Source: an uncultured Clostridia bacterium
Lineage (GTDB): Bacteria > Bacillota > Clostridia > Christensenellales > CAG-917
Reading direction: 5' to 3'
DNA: 64,000 nt
NCBI GenBank assembly: GCA_934233745.1
Contig: CAKQGN010000005.1
Coordinates: 37,257 to 101,256, forward strand
The notes beneath the pieces were generated by a model that was given only the letters and a program-made list of their open reading frames with translations, was not told where the DNA came from and did not search any database. Positions 9,774 to 19,368 of the stretch are shown here, piece after piece. The translations under genes were made by a program, and so were the position numbers. The stretch's first letter is position 1. Each line of letters opens with the position of its first letter.

Positions 9774-10709
9774 ATGAATATAGTTGTTCTTGACGGCGCA
9801 ACGGCAAAAGGAAAGGAACTCGATTTCGATTTCCTAAATCAATTCGGCACCGTGACATATTATGACACAACAAAAGCCGAAGATGTTTTGTCGCGCGCAA
9901 AAGCCGCCGATATTCTTGTTATAAACAAAGTCGTATTGGACAGAGCCACTTTGTCCGAATGCAACAATCTCAAACTGATCACAATTCTGGCAACAGGGTA
10001 TAACATAGTCGATACAGACGCGGCAAGAGAGCTTGGCATAACGGTTTGCAATGTCCCGTATTACAGCACAAATTCCGTTGCACAACTCGTCTTTGCTTTT
10101 ATACTTGAGTTTTCGTGCAAATTGTCTTTGCACACTCAATCCGTTGCGCGAGGAGATTGGCAAAATTGCGCAGACTTTGCGTATACTCTCGATACGTTGC
10201 ATGAGCTTAACGGCAAGACGCTCGGAATTATCGGCTATGGCAGCATAGGAAGAAAAGTGGCGCAAATCGGCAAGTCATTCGGCATGAATATCCTTGTTAG
10301 TACAAGAACCCCCGTAGACGGCTGCGTGAGCAAAGAAGAAGTGTTTGAAAATGCGGATTTCATTACATTGCATTGCCCCCTGAACGAAGGCTCGAAACTG
10401 ATGATAAACGAAAAAAGTTTGTCGCTGTTTAAGCCCACGGCATATCTTATAAACACCGCGCGCGGAGGTCTTGTCGATGAAGAAGCCCTGGCAAACGCTT
10501 TGAACGAGGGAAGAATTGCGGGCGCAGGACTCGATGTGCTTACAAGCGAGCCGCCAAAAGCCGACAACCCTTTGCTTCATGCAAAAAATTGTCTTATCAC
10601 ACCGCATATGGCGTGGGCAAGCGTAGAGGCGAGAATTAGGCTTTTGCACGCAACCGAGGACAACGTGCGCGCGTTTTTGCAAAATAACCCGATAAACAAA
10701 GTCAATTGA
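9774..10709 (+). CDS. D-isomer-specific 2-hydroxyacid dehydrogenase (glycerate dehydrogenase-like)
   Basis: NAD-binding GIIGYGSIGRKVA. Catalytic-region motifs NTARGGLVDEEAL and ITPHMAW. Confidence 0.85.
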   Translation: MNIVVLDGATAKGKELDFDFLNQFGTVTYYDTTKAEDVLSRAKAADILVINKVVLDRATLSECNNLKLITILATGYNIVDTDAARELGITVCNVPYYSTNSVAQLVFAFILEFSCKLSLHTQSVARGDWQNCADFAYTLDTLHELNGKTLGIIGYGSIGRKVAQIGKSFGMNILVSTRTPVDGCVSKEEVFENADFITLHCPLNEGSKLMINEKSLSLFKPTAYLINTARGGLVDEEALANALNEGRIAGAGLDVLTSEPPKADNPLLHAKNCLITPHMAWASVEARIRLLHATEDNVRAFLQNNPINKVN

Positions 10710-10747
10710 CAAAGTATAAAGTGTTTTGATATTTATATTTTCAAAAA

Positions 10748-10780
10748 AGAAAAAACACACTTGCGATGTGTTTTTTCTTT
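10748..10780. terminator. bidirectional intrinsic terminator between convergent genes
   Basis: Hairpin GAAAAAACACA..TGTGTTTTTTC flanked by an A-run and a T-run. Confidence 0.6.
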
Positions 10781-10804
10781 TTTGCATATGTTCGATTGTT
10801 GCTT

Positions 10805-11521
10805 TTATTCGTCGGTGCGCTCGATTGCCAAAAGATGCTTTGGAAATTCACGCATAAGGGCGTTGAATTGGTTGGGGTCAAGCTCTTCCATTGTGGCGAT
10901 TTCAACAGTGGCAATAAGGCTTTCGCCAACGAGTTTTGCCTTGTAGGAACTCACTTTTTTTGCGCCGAGTTTTTGCATGATTTGGGGCAAAATCTCGTCG
11001 TTTTCCGCCCAAATTTGCATCTTTACAATGGCGATATGTCGGGTGGTGAACGCTTTGATGGGAAGGTGGAATATCAGCTGCAAAAGCAGTATCATCGCCG
11101 TTGCAACAACACCCGTCACAACAAATCCGCCACCGATTGCCATGCCGATTGCCGACGTCGCCCATACGCCTGCCGCCGTCGTAAGCCCGTGCATAACGTC
11201 GCGCCTGTACATGATTATGCCTGCGCCCAAAAAGCCGATGCCCGTGACGACTTGCGCCGCGATTCGCGTTGCGTCGCTGTTGAATGTGCCGCCCGTGATG
11301 TCACTAAAAAGCGGTACGGTGAGATATTTTGACAATATCATAAACAAACACGAGGCAAGACATACGATTGCGTGCGTGCGTATGCCTGCTTCTTTACTTC
11401 TTGATTTCCTTTCAAAGCCGATTGCAAGACCGCAAATTATCGCAATCAACATTCTCACGATAAAATGCCAGACATCCCTCGTCCAATCGACAACAGCCCA
11501 ATTATCCATATGCATCCTCAA
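10805..11521 (-). CDS. MgtC/SapB family membrane protein
   Basis: N-terminal membrane domain with ERKSRSKEAGIRTHAIV and GFLGAGII. Soluble ACT-like C-terminal domain. Confidence 0.8.
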   Translation of the reverse strand: MRMHMDNWAVVDWTRDVWHFIVRMLIAIICGLAIGFERKSRSKEAGIRTHAIVCLASCLFMILSKYLTVPLFSDITGGTFNSDATRIAAQVVTGIGFLGAGIIMYRRDVMHGLTTAAGVWATSAIGMAIGGGFVVTGVVATAMILLLQLIFHLPIKAFTTRHIAIVKMQIWAENDEILPQIMQKLGAKKVSSYKAKLVGESLIATVEIATMEELDPNQFNALMREFPKHLLAIERTDE

Positions 11522-11634
11522 AATTTGTGTTGATTAATTATACATTTCATATATTATGTATGTCAATATCAGTTTTGAATTTTTTTTTGCAACATACTTC
11601 TTTTGATTTGAAAGAGGCATATTGGCATATATTT

Positions 11635-11664
11635 TTGACAATGCGTTTTTAATGATGATATAAT
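11635..11664 (+). promoter_or_regulatory. sigma-A-type promoter for folD
   Basis: TTGACA, 18-nt spacer, then TGaTATAAT (extended -10). AAGAGGTG RBS precedes ATG 11682. Confidence 0.5.
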
Positions 11665-11681
11665 AACAAAAGAGGTGCGCT

Positions 11682-12542
11682 ATGCAAATTATTGACGGAA
11701 AACTTGTGGCAAAACTCACAAGAGAGCAAATCAAAAAAGAAGTCGAACAACTCAAATCGTTGAAGTATCCCGACGCTATCGGGCTTGCCGTAATTTTGGT
11801 CGGAGACGATCCCGCCTCGCAAGTTTATGTGAGAAACAAAATCAAAGCGTGCGACGAAGTCGGTATAAAATCCTTTCTTTGCAAACTTCCTGCCGAAAGC
11901 ACGTTTGACGAGGTTGCCGGCACGATAAGTTATCTCAACGAAAATCCCGACGTTTCGGGCATGATTTTGCAACTTCCGCTTCCGAAACATCTTGACGAAA
12001 ACTCGCTTTTGGACCTTATAGATCCAAACAAGGACGTTGACGGTTGCCATTACGTTCAAAAGGGTAGACTTTGGACGGGAAGGGACAGTCTTGTCGCTTG
12101 CACTCCGTCCGGAGTCATGAAATTGCTCGAATATTACGATATTCCGCTCGAGGGCAAAAACGCCGTTGTAATCGGTCGCTCGAACCTTGTCGGAAAACCG
12201 CTTGCGCAGCTTCTTCTCGACAAAAACTGCACCGTTACGATATGCCATTCAAAAACACGCAATCTCGGCGAGATTGTGTCGAAAGCAGACATCGTTTGTG
12301 TTGCGATAGGCAAAGCGAAGTTTCTTACGGCCGACATGGTAAAAGAGGGCGCAGTGGTTGTAGATGTGGGTATGGACAGAGATGAAAACGGCAAACTTTG
12401 CGGCGACGTGGATTTTGACGCCGTTGCGCCTAAATGCTCGTTCATAACGCCTGTACCGGGCGGCGTCGGTCCTATGACGGTGACGATGCTTTTGGCAAAC
12501 ACCGTGAAAGCATATAAAGCACAAAACGAAATCGAGGTATAA
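11682..12542 (+). CDS. folD: bifunctional methylenetetrahydrofolate dehydrogenase/methenyl-THF cyclohydrolase
   Basis: MQIIDGK start, VILVGDDPASQVYVRNK, GRSNLVGKPLAQLL, PVPGGVGPMT. Confidence 0.95.
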   Translation: MQIIDGKLVAKLTREQIKKEVEQLKSLKYPDAIGLAVILVGDDPASQVYVRNKIKACDEVGIKSFLCKLPAESTFDEVAGTISYLNENPDVSGMILQLPLPKHLDENSLLDLIDPNKDVDGCHYVQKGRLWTGRDSLVACTPSGVMKLLEYYDIPLEGKNAVVIGRSNLVGKPLAQLLLDKNCTVTICHSKTRNLGEIVSKADIVCVAIGKAKFLTADMVKEGAVVVDVGMDRDENGKLCGDVDFDAVAPKCSFITPVPGGVGPMTVTMLLANTVKAYKAQNEIEV

Positions 12543-12556
12543 CGCCTCGGTTTTTT
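12533..12556 (+). terminator. intrinsic terminator after folD
   Basis: CGAGG..CCTCG stem followed by TTTTTT, overlapping the stop codon. Confidence 0.45.
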
Positions 12557-12680
12557 GATTGTAGAAAGCGTTTTTGAATGATTAACTAGTAAATTTCTTT
12601 CTTGCATGAAAAGATATGTTATGCTACAATTGATACAGTAAAACTACAAATTGACCGCATATCGTGCGTCAGGGAGAATT

Positions 12681-14789
12681 ATGAAATACAAAATGCTGTT
12701 TTCGCCTATGAAAATAGGCAACTGCGAAATCAAAAATCGTATTGTGATGTCGCCCATGCTTATGGGCTTCGGTAAGTTTGACGGTTGCGTTACCGAGCAA
12801 CTTATGGACTATTACGAGGAGCGTGCAAAGGGCGGCACGGGACTTATCATCACCGAAATTACTCGTATAAACGACTTTCACGGTTCGGCGGCGTTTGCGC
12901 AACTCGGCGCAAGCCATGATTATCAAATCCCCGGACTTCATGAATTTGCCGAGCGCATTCACAAGCACGGTGCGAAACTGTTTGTACAACTGCATCATCC
13001 CGGTCGTCAAAACGTCGGTCTTGCAATCGGCACGGTGCCTGTTTGCATTGCCATGACAAGAATGTGCAAAAAATTCCCGAAATTTCTTTTCGGCGTTGCG
13101 CCGAAGATAGCTCCGTTTATGTCAAAATACAATATCGCGCTTTCCTCCGTATCCGCGTCAAAATGCGAGCCGAGCTACTTTGCGGGCGGAAGAGTGCGTG
13201 CGCTCAGCCACAGGGAAGTGAAAAAGGTGATTAGCCAATTTATCGACGGAGCGGTGCGCTGTCAAAAAGCGGGTATAGACGGCGTGGAACTTCACGGTAC
13301 GCACGGATACCTCATTCAGCAATTTTTGTCTCCGAATACAAATCACAGAACAGACGAATACGGCGGCAGTTTTGAAAACAGACTGCGTTTTTTGCGTGAA
13401 ATCGTCGAAGGAATCCGCAAACAGTGCGGCGATTACCCCATTATCGTTCGCCTCACCGTTGACGAATTCTATGAAAAAATCGGACAACCGGGCAAGGGTT
13501 ACGATTTTGAAACAGGCTTGAAATATGCAAAAGCGATTGCGGATATGGGGGTTGACGCAATCGATGTTTCGAGCGCGGCATACGATACCTTCAACTATTG
13601 GCTCGAACCTACCAGTTTCGATTGCGGTTGGAGAAAGTATCTTGCGGCGGCAGTCAAAAAAGAGGTCGGCATACCTGTCATTGCGGCAAACCTCATTCGC
13701 ACGCCCGAACAAGCCGAAAAACAACTCGAAGAAGGCGATCAGGACTTTGTTTCTCTTGGCAGACCGCATATTGCCGATCCGCATTGGGCAGAAAAGGCGC
13801 AAAGCGGACATGAAAACGAAATCAAACGTTGCCTTTGCTGTCTATATTGTATTGAATGCATGCAAGACAATGCGTATCACGGCGACCACGGCTATTGCGC
13901 AGTCAACCCCACTGTCGGCAGAGAAAAGGAATTTGACAATCTTCCCCATGACGGAAACGGCAGAGTAGTCGTTGTCGTCGGAGCGGGCGTTGCGGGGCTG
14001 ACTTGTGCCGAAATGCTCTCAAGAAGAGGATTCAAAGCAATCGTTCTTGAAAAAGACGACAAAATCGGCGGACAAATTCAACTTGCCGATAAGCCGCCCA
14101 AAAAAGAAAAACTCGCCTGGAGTTTTGAGGATATGCGCACAAACGCCGAAAAATTCGGAGCAGAAATCATTTTGAACACCGAGGCAACACCCGAAATCAT
14201 AGCAAGCTACAATCCTTATGCGGTTGTCATCGCAACAGGCGCATGTGCTGTCAAACCTCGCTCTATCGAGGGCGTAAACCTTGCAAACGTTTATACCACA
14301 ACGCAGATTTTGAGCGGTGAAGTTAAACTCGAAAACAAAACCGTCGCACTTATCGGTTCGGGTATGACAGGGCTGGAAACTGCCGAAATGTTGATAGAGC
14401 ATGACAACAAAGTCGCTATCGTAGACATGTCGGATACGCTCGCTCCCGGAACATGGTTTCAGCACCTTGACGACATTGTGCCGAAACTCGACGCAAAGGG
14501 AACGCAATACATTCTTTCGCACAAACTCAATTCTATTGACGAAAAAGGCATCGTAATAGAGCCTGTGAAATTCGATAAGCATCAAAAACCCGTCGGCAAG
14601 GGCAATCCGTACCACATAGACGCAGACGCGGTTGTTTTGTCGCTCGGCGCACGCTCGGTGAATTCTCTTGCAAAGGAACTCGAAGGGAAAGTGAACAATC
14701 TTTTTGTCATCGGTGACGCAAAGAAAGTGGGAAGAATTGCAGACGCAACGCGCGAAGCGTACGACGTTGCAATCCACAAACTCAAATAA
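12681..14789 (+). CDS. OYE-like NADH:flavin oxidoreductase fused to an FAD/NAD(P)-binding domain (enoate reductase / 2,4-dienoyl-CoA reductase family)
   Basis: AGGGAGA RBS precedes ATG 12681. Old-yellow-enzyme motifs HGAKLFVQLHHPGRQ and HGTHGYLIQQFLSP. Cys cluster CLCCLYCIEC. GxGxxG seen as VVGAGVAGL. Confidence 0.85.
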   Translation: MKYKMLFSPMKIGNCEIKNRIVMSPMLMGFGKFDGCVTEQLMDYYEERAKGGTGLIITEITRINDFHGSAAFAQLGASHDYQIPGLHEFAERIHKHGAKLFVQLHHPGRQNVGLAIGTVPVCIAMTRMCKKFPKFLFGVAPKIAPFMSKYNIALSSVSASKCEPSYFAGGRVRALSHREVKKVISQFIDGAVRCQKAGIDGVELHGTHGYLIQQFLSPNTNHRTDEYGGSFENRLRFLREIVEGIRKQCGDYPIIVRLTVDEFYEKIGQPGKGYDFETGLKYAKAIADMGVDAIDVSSAAYDTFNYWLEPTSFDCGWRKYLAAAVKKEVGIPVIAANLIRTPEQAEKQLEEGDQDFVSLGRPHIADPHWAEKAQSGHENEIKRCLCCLYCIECMQDNAYHGDHGYCAVNPTVGREKEFDNLPHDGNGRVVVVVGAGVAGLTCAEMLSRRGFKAIVLEKDDKIGGQIQLADKPPKKEKLAWSFEDMRTNAEKFGAEIILNTEATPEIIASYNPYAVVIATGACAVKPRSIEGVNLANVYTTTQILSGEVKLENKTVALIGSGMTGLETAEMLIEHDNKVAIVDMSDTLAPGTWFQHLDDIVPKLDAKGTQYILSHKLNSIDEKGIVIEPVKFDKHQKPVGKGNPYHIDADAVVLSLGARSVNSLAKELEGKVNNLFVIGDAKKVGRIADATREAYDVAIHKLK

Positions 14790-14817
14790 TTCAAATATTT
14801 GAAAACCTGATGAAAAT

Positions 14818-14861
14818 GTGCGATTTATGCGGTTAGATGCCGCAAAATCGCGCTTTTTTTT
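14818..14861 (+). terminator. intrinsic terminator
   Basis: Long stem GCGATTTATGCGG..CCGCAAAATCGC followed by eight T. Confidence 0.6.
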
Positions 14862-14920
14862 GTCTTGTGATAAGGCTTGCTTTATGATAAAATAAAACTA
14901 TAAAACTTGTGAGGCGAACT

Positions 14921-16024
14921 ATGCGTAAATCGATTCCCGTAAATTACGACGATTCTTTGGTGTCTTTGGCTTGTTCGGTGCTGAAACGCTTTGGCGCACC
15001 GTACGGGCATAATACGCTCAAAGACTTTGACGATTTGCTTGCGAAAGGCTATAAAAACGTCGTGGTTATGCTTTTTGACGGTATGGGCGTGAAGATTCTC
15101 GACAAGCACGAGAATTGCGCTCCGTTTTTGCGTTCGCATTTGGTGCGCCCGATATGCTCGGTTTTTCCGCCTACAACCACTGCCGCAACGACGTCAATCG
15201 AAACGGGACTTACGCCTTTGGAACACGGTTGGCTCGGTTGGGCGCTCTATTTCAAAGAAATAGACAAGAACGTGTGCCTGTTTACGAATACCGTTTTCGG
15301 CTCGGAGGAGATTGCCGCCGATTATCCCGTTGCAAAAAGCGCCATTGCATACGATAGCGTCCAGAAAAAGATAAAAAACGTCGGAAATCAGGCTTATTTC
15401 GTGTCAAAACATGCCGAAATCAAGACGGACAGCGTGCATACGACCTGCCAAATCGTAAAGGAATTGTGCCAAAAAGAAGGATATAAGTATATCTATACGT
15501 ATTGGCATCAACCCGACCACGATATGCACGATTTCGGCACTACGGACGAAAGAGTAGCAGAGCAAATCAGATTGATAAACGACGAGGTTGAGAATCTCTG
15601 CAAAGATTTGAAAGACACCATAGTTGTCGTCACGGCGGATCACGGACTAGTGGACGTTGAATGGAAGTCGCTTTGCGATTATCCCGAAATTGCCGATACG
15701 CTTGAAAGAGTGCCGTCTATCGAACCGAGGGCAATGTCGATTTTTGTCAAAAAAGGCAGAAAAAAGGACTTTGAAAACGCTTTTGAAAAGGTGTTCGGAA
15801 ATGATTATATCCTTTTCACACACGAGGAAGTCGTCAAAAACGGGTTGTTCGGGGAGGGGAAACCGAATCCTCGTTTTGAAGATTTTGTCGGCGATTACGT
15901 TGCCGTGGCAACGGGGAAAGTGTGCGTCAATTCGTTTGAACTATCCGACGAAGAGTTTGTCGGTATGCACGCAGGGGCGTGCATCGACGAAATTCTCGTG
16001 CCGTTTATCGTCGTTGAAACTTGA
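14921..16024 (+). CDS. alkaline phosphatase superfamily protein (type I phosphodiesterase / nucleotide pyrophosphatase-like)
   Basis: Metal-site and nucleophile region FPPTTTAATTSIETGL. Distal metal-ligand-like motifs DHDMH and ADHG. Confidence 0.65.
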   Translation: MRKSIPVNYDDSLVSLACSVLKRFGAPYGHNTLKDFDDLLAKGYKNVVVMLFDGMGVKILDKHENCAPFLRSHLVRPICSVFPPTTTAATTSIETGLTPLEHGWLGWALYFKEIDKNVCLFTNTVFGSEEIAADYPVAKSAIAYDSVQKKIKNVGNQAYFVSKHAEIKTDSVHTTCQIVKELCQKEGYKYIYTYWHQPDHDMHDFGTTDERVAEQIRLINDEVENLCKDLKDTIVVVTADHGLVDVEWKSLCDYPEIADTLERVPSIEPRAMSIFVKKGRKKDFENAFEKVFGNDYILFTHEEVVKNGLFGEGKPNPRFEDFVGDYVAVATGKVCVNSFELSDEEFVGMHAGACIDEILVPFIVVET

Positions 16025-16045
16025 CTTTGTCAAAAACAGATACTT

Positions 16046-16089
16046 AGCCTCCTCGCAAGCGATTTAACGATTTTGCGCGGAGGCTTTTG
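16046..16089 (+). terminator. intrinsic terminator
   Basis: Stem AGCCTCCTCGCAA..TTGCGCGGAGGCT followed by TTTT. Confidence 0.55.
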
Positions 16090-16135
16090 AATTTTCGGAG
16101 TTTTTTCGCATAAAATTTTCTTACAAACGTTAAAT

Positions 16136-16165
16136 TTGCTATTGATATTTTTATATCAATATAGT
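16136..16165 (+). promoter_or_regulatory. candidate promoter with an embedded perfect inverted-repeat operator (ATTGATAT-TTTT-ATATCAAT, 16141-16160)
   Basis: TTGCTA, 18-nt spacer, TATAGT. The 8+4+8 palindrome fills the spacer, as in classical repressor operators. Confidence 0.45.
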
Positions 16166-16231
16166 AAAATTTGTTTGTAAGAACGATAAAGTTTGCGCAA
16201 TACGGAAAGTAATGCGCCAAGAGGGATAAAT

Positions 16232-17518
16232 ATGAAATACAACATGCAACTCACTCCCGAACAAGCCGACATTCTCAACGGCAAAAAGGGAGAAACGATG
16301 GCAAAAGTCATGGAAACACTCGTTATGTTCGGCGATATTTTCGGAGCAAAACGTATGGTTGAAGTGACGCACAAAGAGGGACACCTCGTCACGAGCTTCG
16401 GCATAGGTCTTTTGAAGCCTCTTTATAAGACGATGGACAGACTTATTGCCGACGGAATAAAAACCCAAGGTGCTTTTACGGTGGATCCTCGTCCGCTCGA
16501 CAGAAAAAACGTCAAATATTCCTTGCTCGATCGCCTTGTCAATGAGAAAATCATGTATTCTCAACAAGAGCATTATGAGCAGCAGTTGAAAGCGGTCGGT
16601 TTGAAGGACGCCAACGCATTTACTTGCGCTTGCTATCTCGACGAAGTGGGCAATGTCCCGAAGAAGGGCGATATACTTTCCTGGGCGGAATCGAGCGCGG
16701 TCGTTTATGCAAACTCCGTTCTCGGCGCACGCTGCAACAGAAACAGCGGTATGCTCGATTTGTTCGGCTCGATTGTGGGTTGCGTTCCCGAATTCGGGCT
16801 TCTGACCGATGAGGGAAGAAAAGCGACGTGGATTGTCAAAGTCGAAACGACAAAAATCCCCGAAGCACAAATTCTCGGAAGCGCAATCGGCATGAAAGTT
16901 GTCGAAGACGTGCCGTATGTTTTCGGCCTTGACAAGTGGATCGGATCCGAACTCACCGACGAAGCGAAAGGCTACCTCAAAGATTTCGGCGCGGCGACAG
17001 CATCAAACGGTGCGGTCGGACTCTATCATATCGACAACCTTACCCCCGAAGCAAAGGAACTCGGTCAAAAACTCATCGTCGAAAATCCGAAAGTGTACGT
17101 CATCGACGACGCGGAACTCGAAAGAGTGTACAAGAGCTATCCGAATATGTGGAAAAAGCCCGACAGCAAAGCTACCATGGCATTTGTGGGCTGTCCGCAT
17201 CTGACGTTCACTCAACTCAACGAATGGACGGATATGATTGAAAAAGCACTCAAAGAAAGCGGAAAGAAGAAAGTTGCGTTGCAGACAATCGTTTGCTCTG
17301 CACCCGACGTGGTGGAAAAATTCAAAAATACGCCTGCATACAACCGTCTTATCGCGACGGGCGCAAAGCTCACGAGCATTTGTCCGCTTATGTATACCAA
17401 CAATCCGCTCACAAAGGGTAAATCCATTGCGACTTGCTCAAACAAACTCCGCACTTACAGCATCGCAAGATACTACAAGACGGCAGATCTTCTCAATATC
17501 ATCGCAGGAAAGGAGTGA
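16232..17518 (+). CDS. aconitase X catalytic (large) subunit, DUF521 family
   Basis: AGAGGG RBS. N-terminus MQLTPEQADILNGKKGETMAKVMETLV is typical of DUF521. Translationally coupled to the next ORF. Confidence 0.8.
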   Translation: MKYNMQLTPEQADILNGKKGETMAKVMETLVMFGDIFGAKRMVEVTHKEGHLVTSFGIGLLKPLYKTMDRLIADGIKTQGAFTVDPRPLDRKNVKYSLLDRLVNEKIMYSQQEHYEQQLKAVGLKDANAFTCACYLDEVGNVPKKGDILSWAESSAVVYANSVLGARCNRNSGMLDLFGSIVGCVPEFGLLTDEGRKATWIVKVETTKIPEAQILGSAIGMKVVEDVPYVFGLDKWIGSELTDEAKGYLKDFGAATASNGAVGLYHIDNLTPEAKELGQKLIVENPKVYVIDDAELERVYKSYPNMWKKPDSKATMAFVGCPHLTFTQLNEWTDMIEKALKESGKKKVALQTIVCSAPDVVEKFKNTPAYNRLIATGAKLTSICPLMYTNNPLTKGKSIATCSNKLRTYSIARYYKTADLLNIIAGKE

Positions 17519-17523
17519 AGACT

Positions 17524-17964
17524 ATGAAATCATTTAAGGGTAGAGTTATAGCCGCAGGCAACTTCAAAGGCGAAGCCGTTGTGTCAAGACAAGGCGTAAA
17601 CACGCTTGCGACTTTTCAAAAAAGCGCTCTGACAAATGCAAAACAAGTTATTGTCAGCGACCAAAACAACAAAGATATTTTCGGACTCAACATTACGGGC
17701 AAGGCTCTTTGCCTTCCGCAAACAATCGGTTCGACGACGGGCGGTCTTGTTATTCAAACCGTATGTTCGATGGGCATCAACCCCGCGGCATTCCTTTTTT
17801 CGGAGCATATCGACTCGCTTGCGGCAAGCGGAATCGTGCTTGCAAAGATTTGGGAAGATTCAAACGTCATTGCAATCGACGAGCTTGGCGACGAGTTTTT
17901 GAAAACCGTCAACACGGGCGATACAATAACGATAAAAGAGGACGGCACCGTCACGATAGGTTGA
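17524..17964 (+). CDS. aconitase X swivel (small) subunit, DUF126 family
   Basis: AAGGAG RBS lies inside the end of the upstream gene. GEAVVSRQGVNTLA and GKALCLPQTIGSTTGG are typical of DUF126. Confidence 0.75.
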   Translation: MKSFKGRVIAAGNFKGEAVVSRQGVNTLATFQKSALTNAKQVIVSDQNNKDIFGLNITGKALCLPQTIGSTTGGLVIQTVCSMGINPAAFLFSEHIDSLAASGIVLAKIWEDSNVIAIDELGDEFLKTVNTGDTITIKEDGTVTIG

Positions 17965-17984
17965 TTTTTTACAACAATATATAT

Positions 17985-18011
17985 AAAAGCGCACGCATTG
18001 CGTGCGCTTTT
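17985..18011. terminator. bidirectional intrinsic terminator
   Basis: Perfect 12-bp stem AAAAGCGCACGC-ATT-GCGTGCGCTTTT. Confidence 0.7.
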
Positions 18012-18031
18012 ATATATGTCGCAATATGCGG

Positions 18032-19210
18032 TCATTTGTTTTTCAAAAATTCCTCGATCAGATCCAAGGCGCGTTTTATTATATCCATTGAATAAGCGTA
18101 ACTTATGCGTACAAAATCTTTGCCGCTTTGACCGAATGCACCGCCCGGAACAACGGCAACGTTCTTTGCGTCGAGAAGGGCATATGCAAATTTTTCACCG
18201 TCCATTCCCGTCGATTTTACGCACGGAAACACATAGAATGCGCCTCTTGGTTCAAAACAAGAAAGTCCCATTGCATTGAGACGGTCAACAAGATAGCGTC
18301 TGCGCTTATCGTATTCGTCACGCATCATATGCACCTCTTTGAAATCGTCCTTAAAAGAAGAATTTAGTGCTTCTAACGCCACGTATTGCGCTGCGGTCGA
18401 TGCGCACATAATAGCGTATTGATGGATTTTGTATATAACGTCGATGATTTCTTTGGGGGCGCAAACATATCCGAGTCGCCAACCGGTCATTGCAAAATAT
18501 TTTGAAAATCCGCTTATGACGATTGTGCGCTCGCGCATGCCGTCAAACGACGCGATGGAAGTGAATTTCAGACCGTTGTAAGACAATTCGCCGTAAATCT
18601 CGTCACTGAATACAATAAGATTGTGTTTTTTGACGATAGGCACAAGTTTTTCAAGGTCGGATTTTTCCATAACCGCACCCGTGGGGTTGTTGGGGTATGC
18701 AAGCAACAGTCCCTTTGTTTTGGGCGTTATTGCGCTCTCGAGTTCATCGGGCATGAGCTTGAATTCGTTTTCGATTTTGCATTGAATAGGCACCGCAGTT
18801 CCGCCGCAAAGGGACACAAGGGGAGCGTAACACACAAAACAAGGCTCGGGAATGAGTATCTCGTCGCCTGGCGCAACGATTGCACGGAATGCCGCATCTA
18901 TGCCTTCGCTGGCACCGACGGTTATGATTATCTCATCGTGCGGATTGTATCTGACGCCGATAAACTGCTCGGTATATCGTGAAATTGCCTCACGCAGTTC
19001 AAAAAGTCCTGCGTTTGCGGTGTATTGGGTTTTGCCTGCGATTATACTGTTTATGCCCGCTTGCGAAAAAACCGACGGCGTGGAAAAATCCGGCTCGCCT
19101 ACGCCCAAAGAAAGACAATCTTTTCTGGTTGCCGCAATGCCGAAAAATTCTCGGATTCCCGATGGTTTCAAGTCGCGTGCGATAGGGTTCAAAATTTGCG
19201 AGTAATCCAT
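18032..19210 (-). CDS. class I/II pyridoxal-phosphate aminotransferase (aspartate aminotransferase-like)
   Basis: PLP-lysine motif SGFSKYFAMTGWRLGY, plus NPTGAV and GVGEPDF. Confidence 0.85.
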   Translation of the reverse strand: MDYSQILNPIARDLKPSGIREFFGIAATRKDCLSLGVGEPDFSTPSVFSQAGINSIIAGKTQYTANAGLFELREAISRYTEQFIGVRYNPHDEIIITVGASEGIDAAFRAIVAPGDEILIPEPCFVCYAPLVSLCGGTAVPIQCKIENEFKLMPDELESAITPKTKGLLLAYPNNPTGAVMEKSDLEKLVPIVKKHNLIVFSDEIYGELSYNGLKFTSIASFDGMRERTIVISGFSKYFAMTGWRLGYVCAPKEIIDVIYKIHQYAIMCASTAAQYVALEALNSSFKDDFKEVHMMRDEYDKRRRYLVDRLNAMGLSCFEPRGAFYVFPCVKSTGMDGEKFAYALLDAKNVAVVPGGAFGQSGKDFVRISYAYSMDIIKRALDLIEEFLKNK

Positions 19211-19368
19211 ATATCCCTCTTCATTCGTTTATAATATGAGAAATATAAAAAAAGTTTATCATGTCGGGTGCAAAATTTCAACAAAATCAACCGCTTTTTT
19301 GTATGTGAAAAGCAAATTGAAGAGAATAAAGCTGTTTTGTATGAAAACGGGTAATTGTTGTTTGCCAA

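Noticed and set aside
11522-11681. M-box (Mg) riboswitch upstream of the MgtC-family gene
   Set aside because: Only ~160 nt are shared with the divergent folD promoter. No M-box-like conserved helices are visible.
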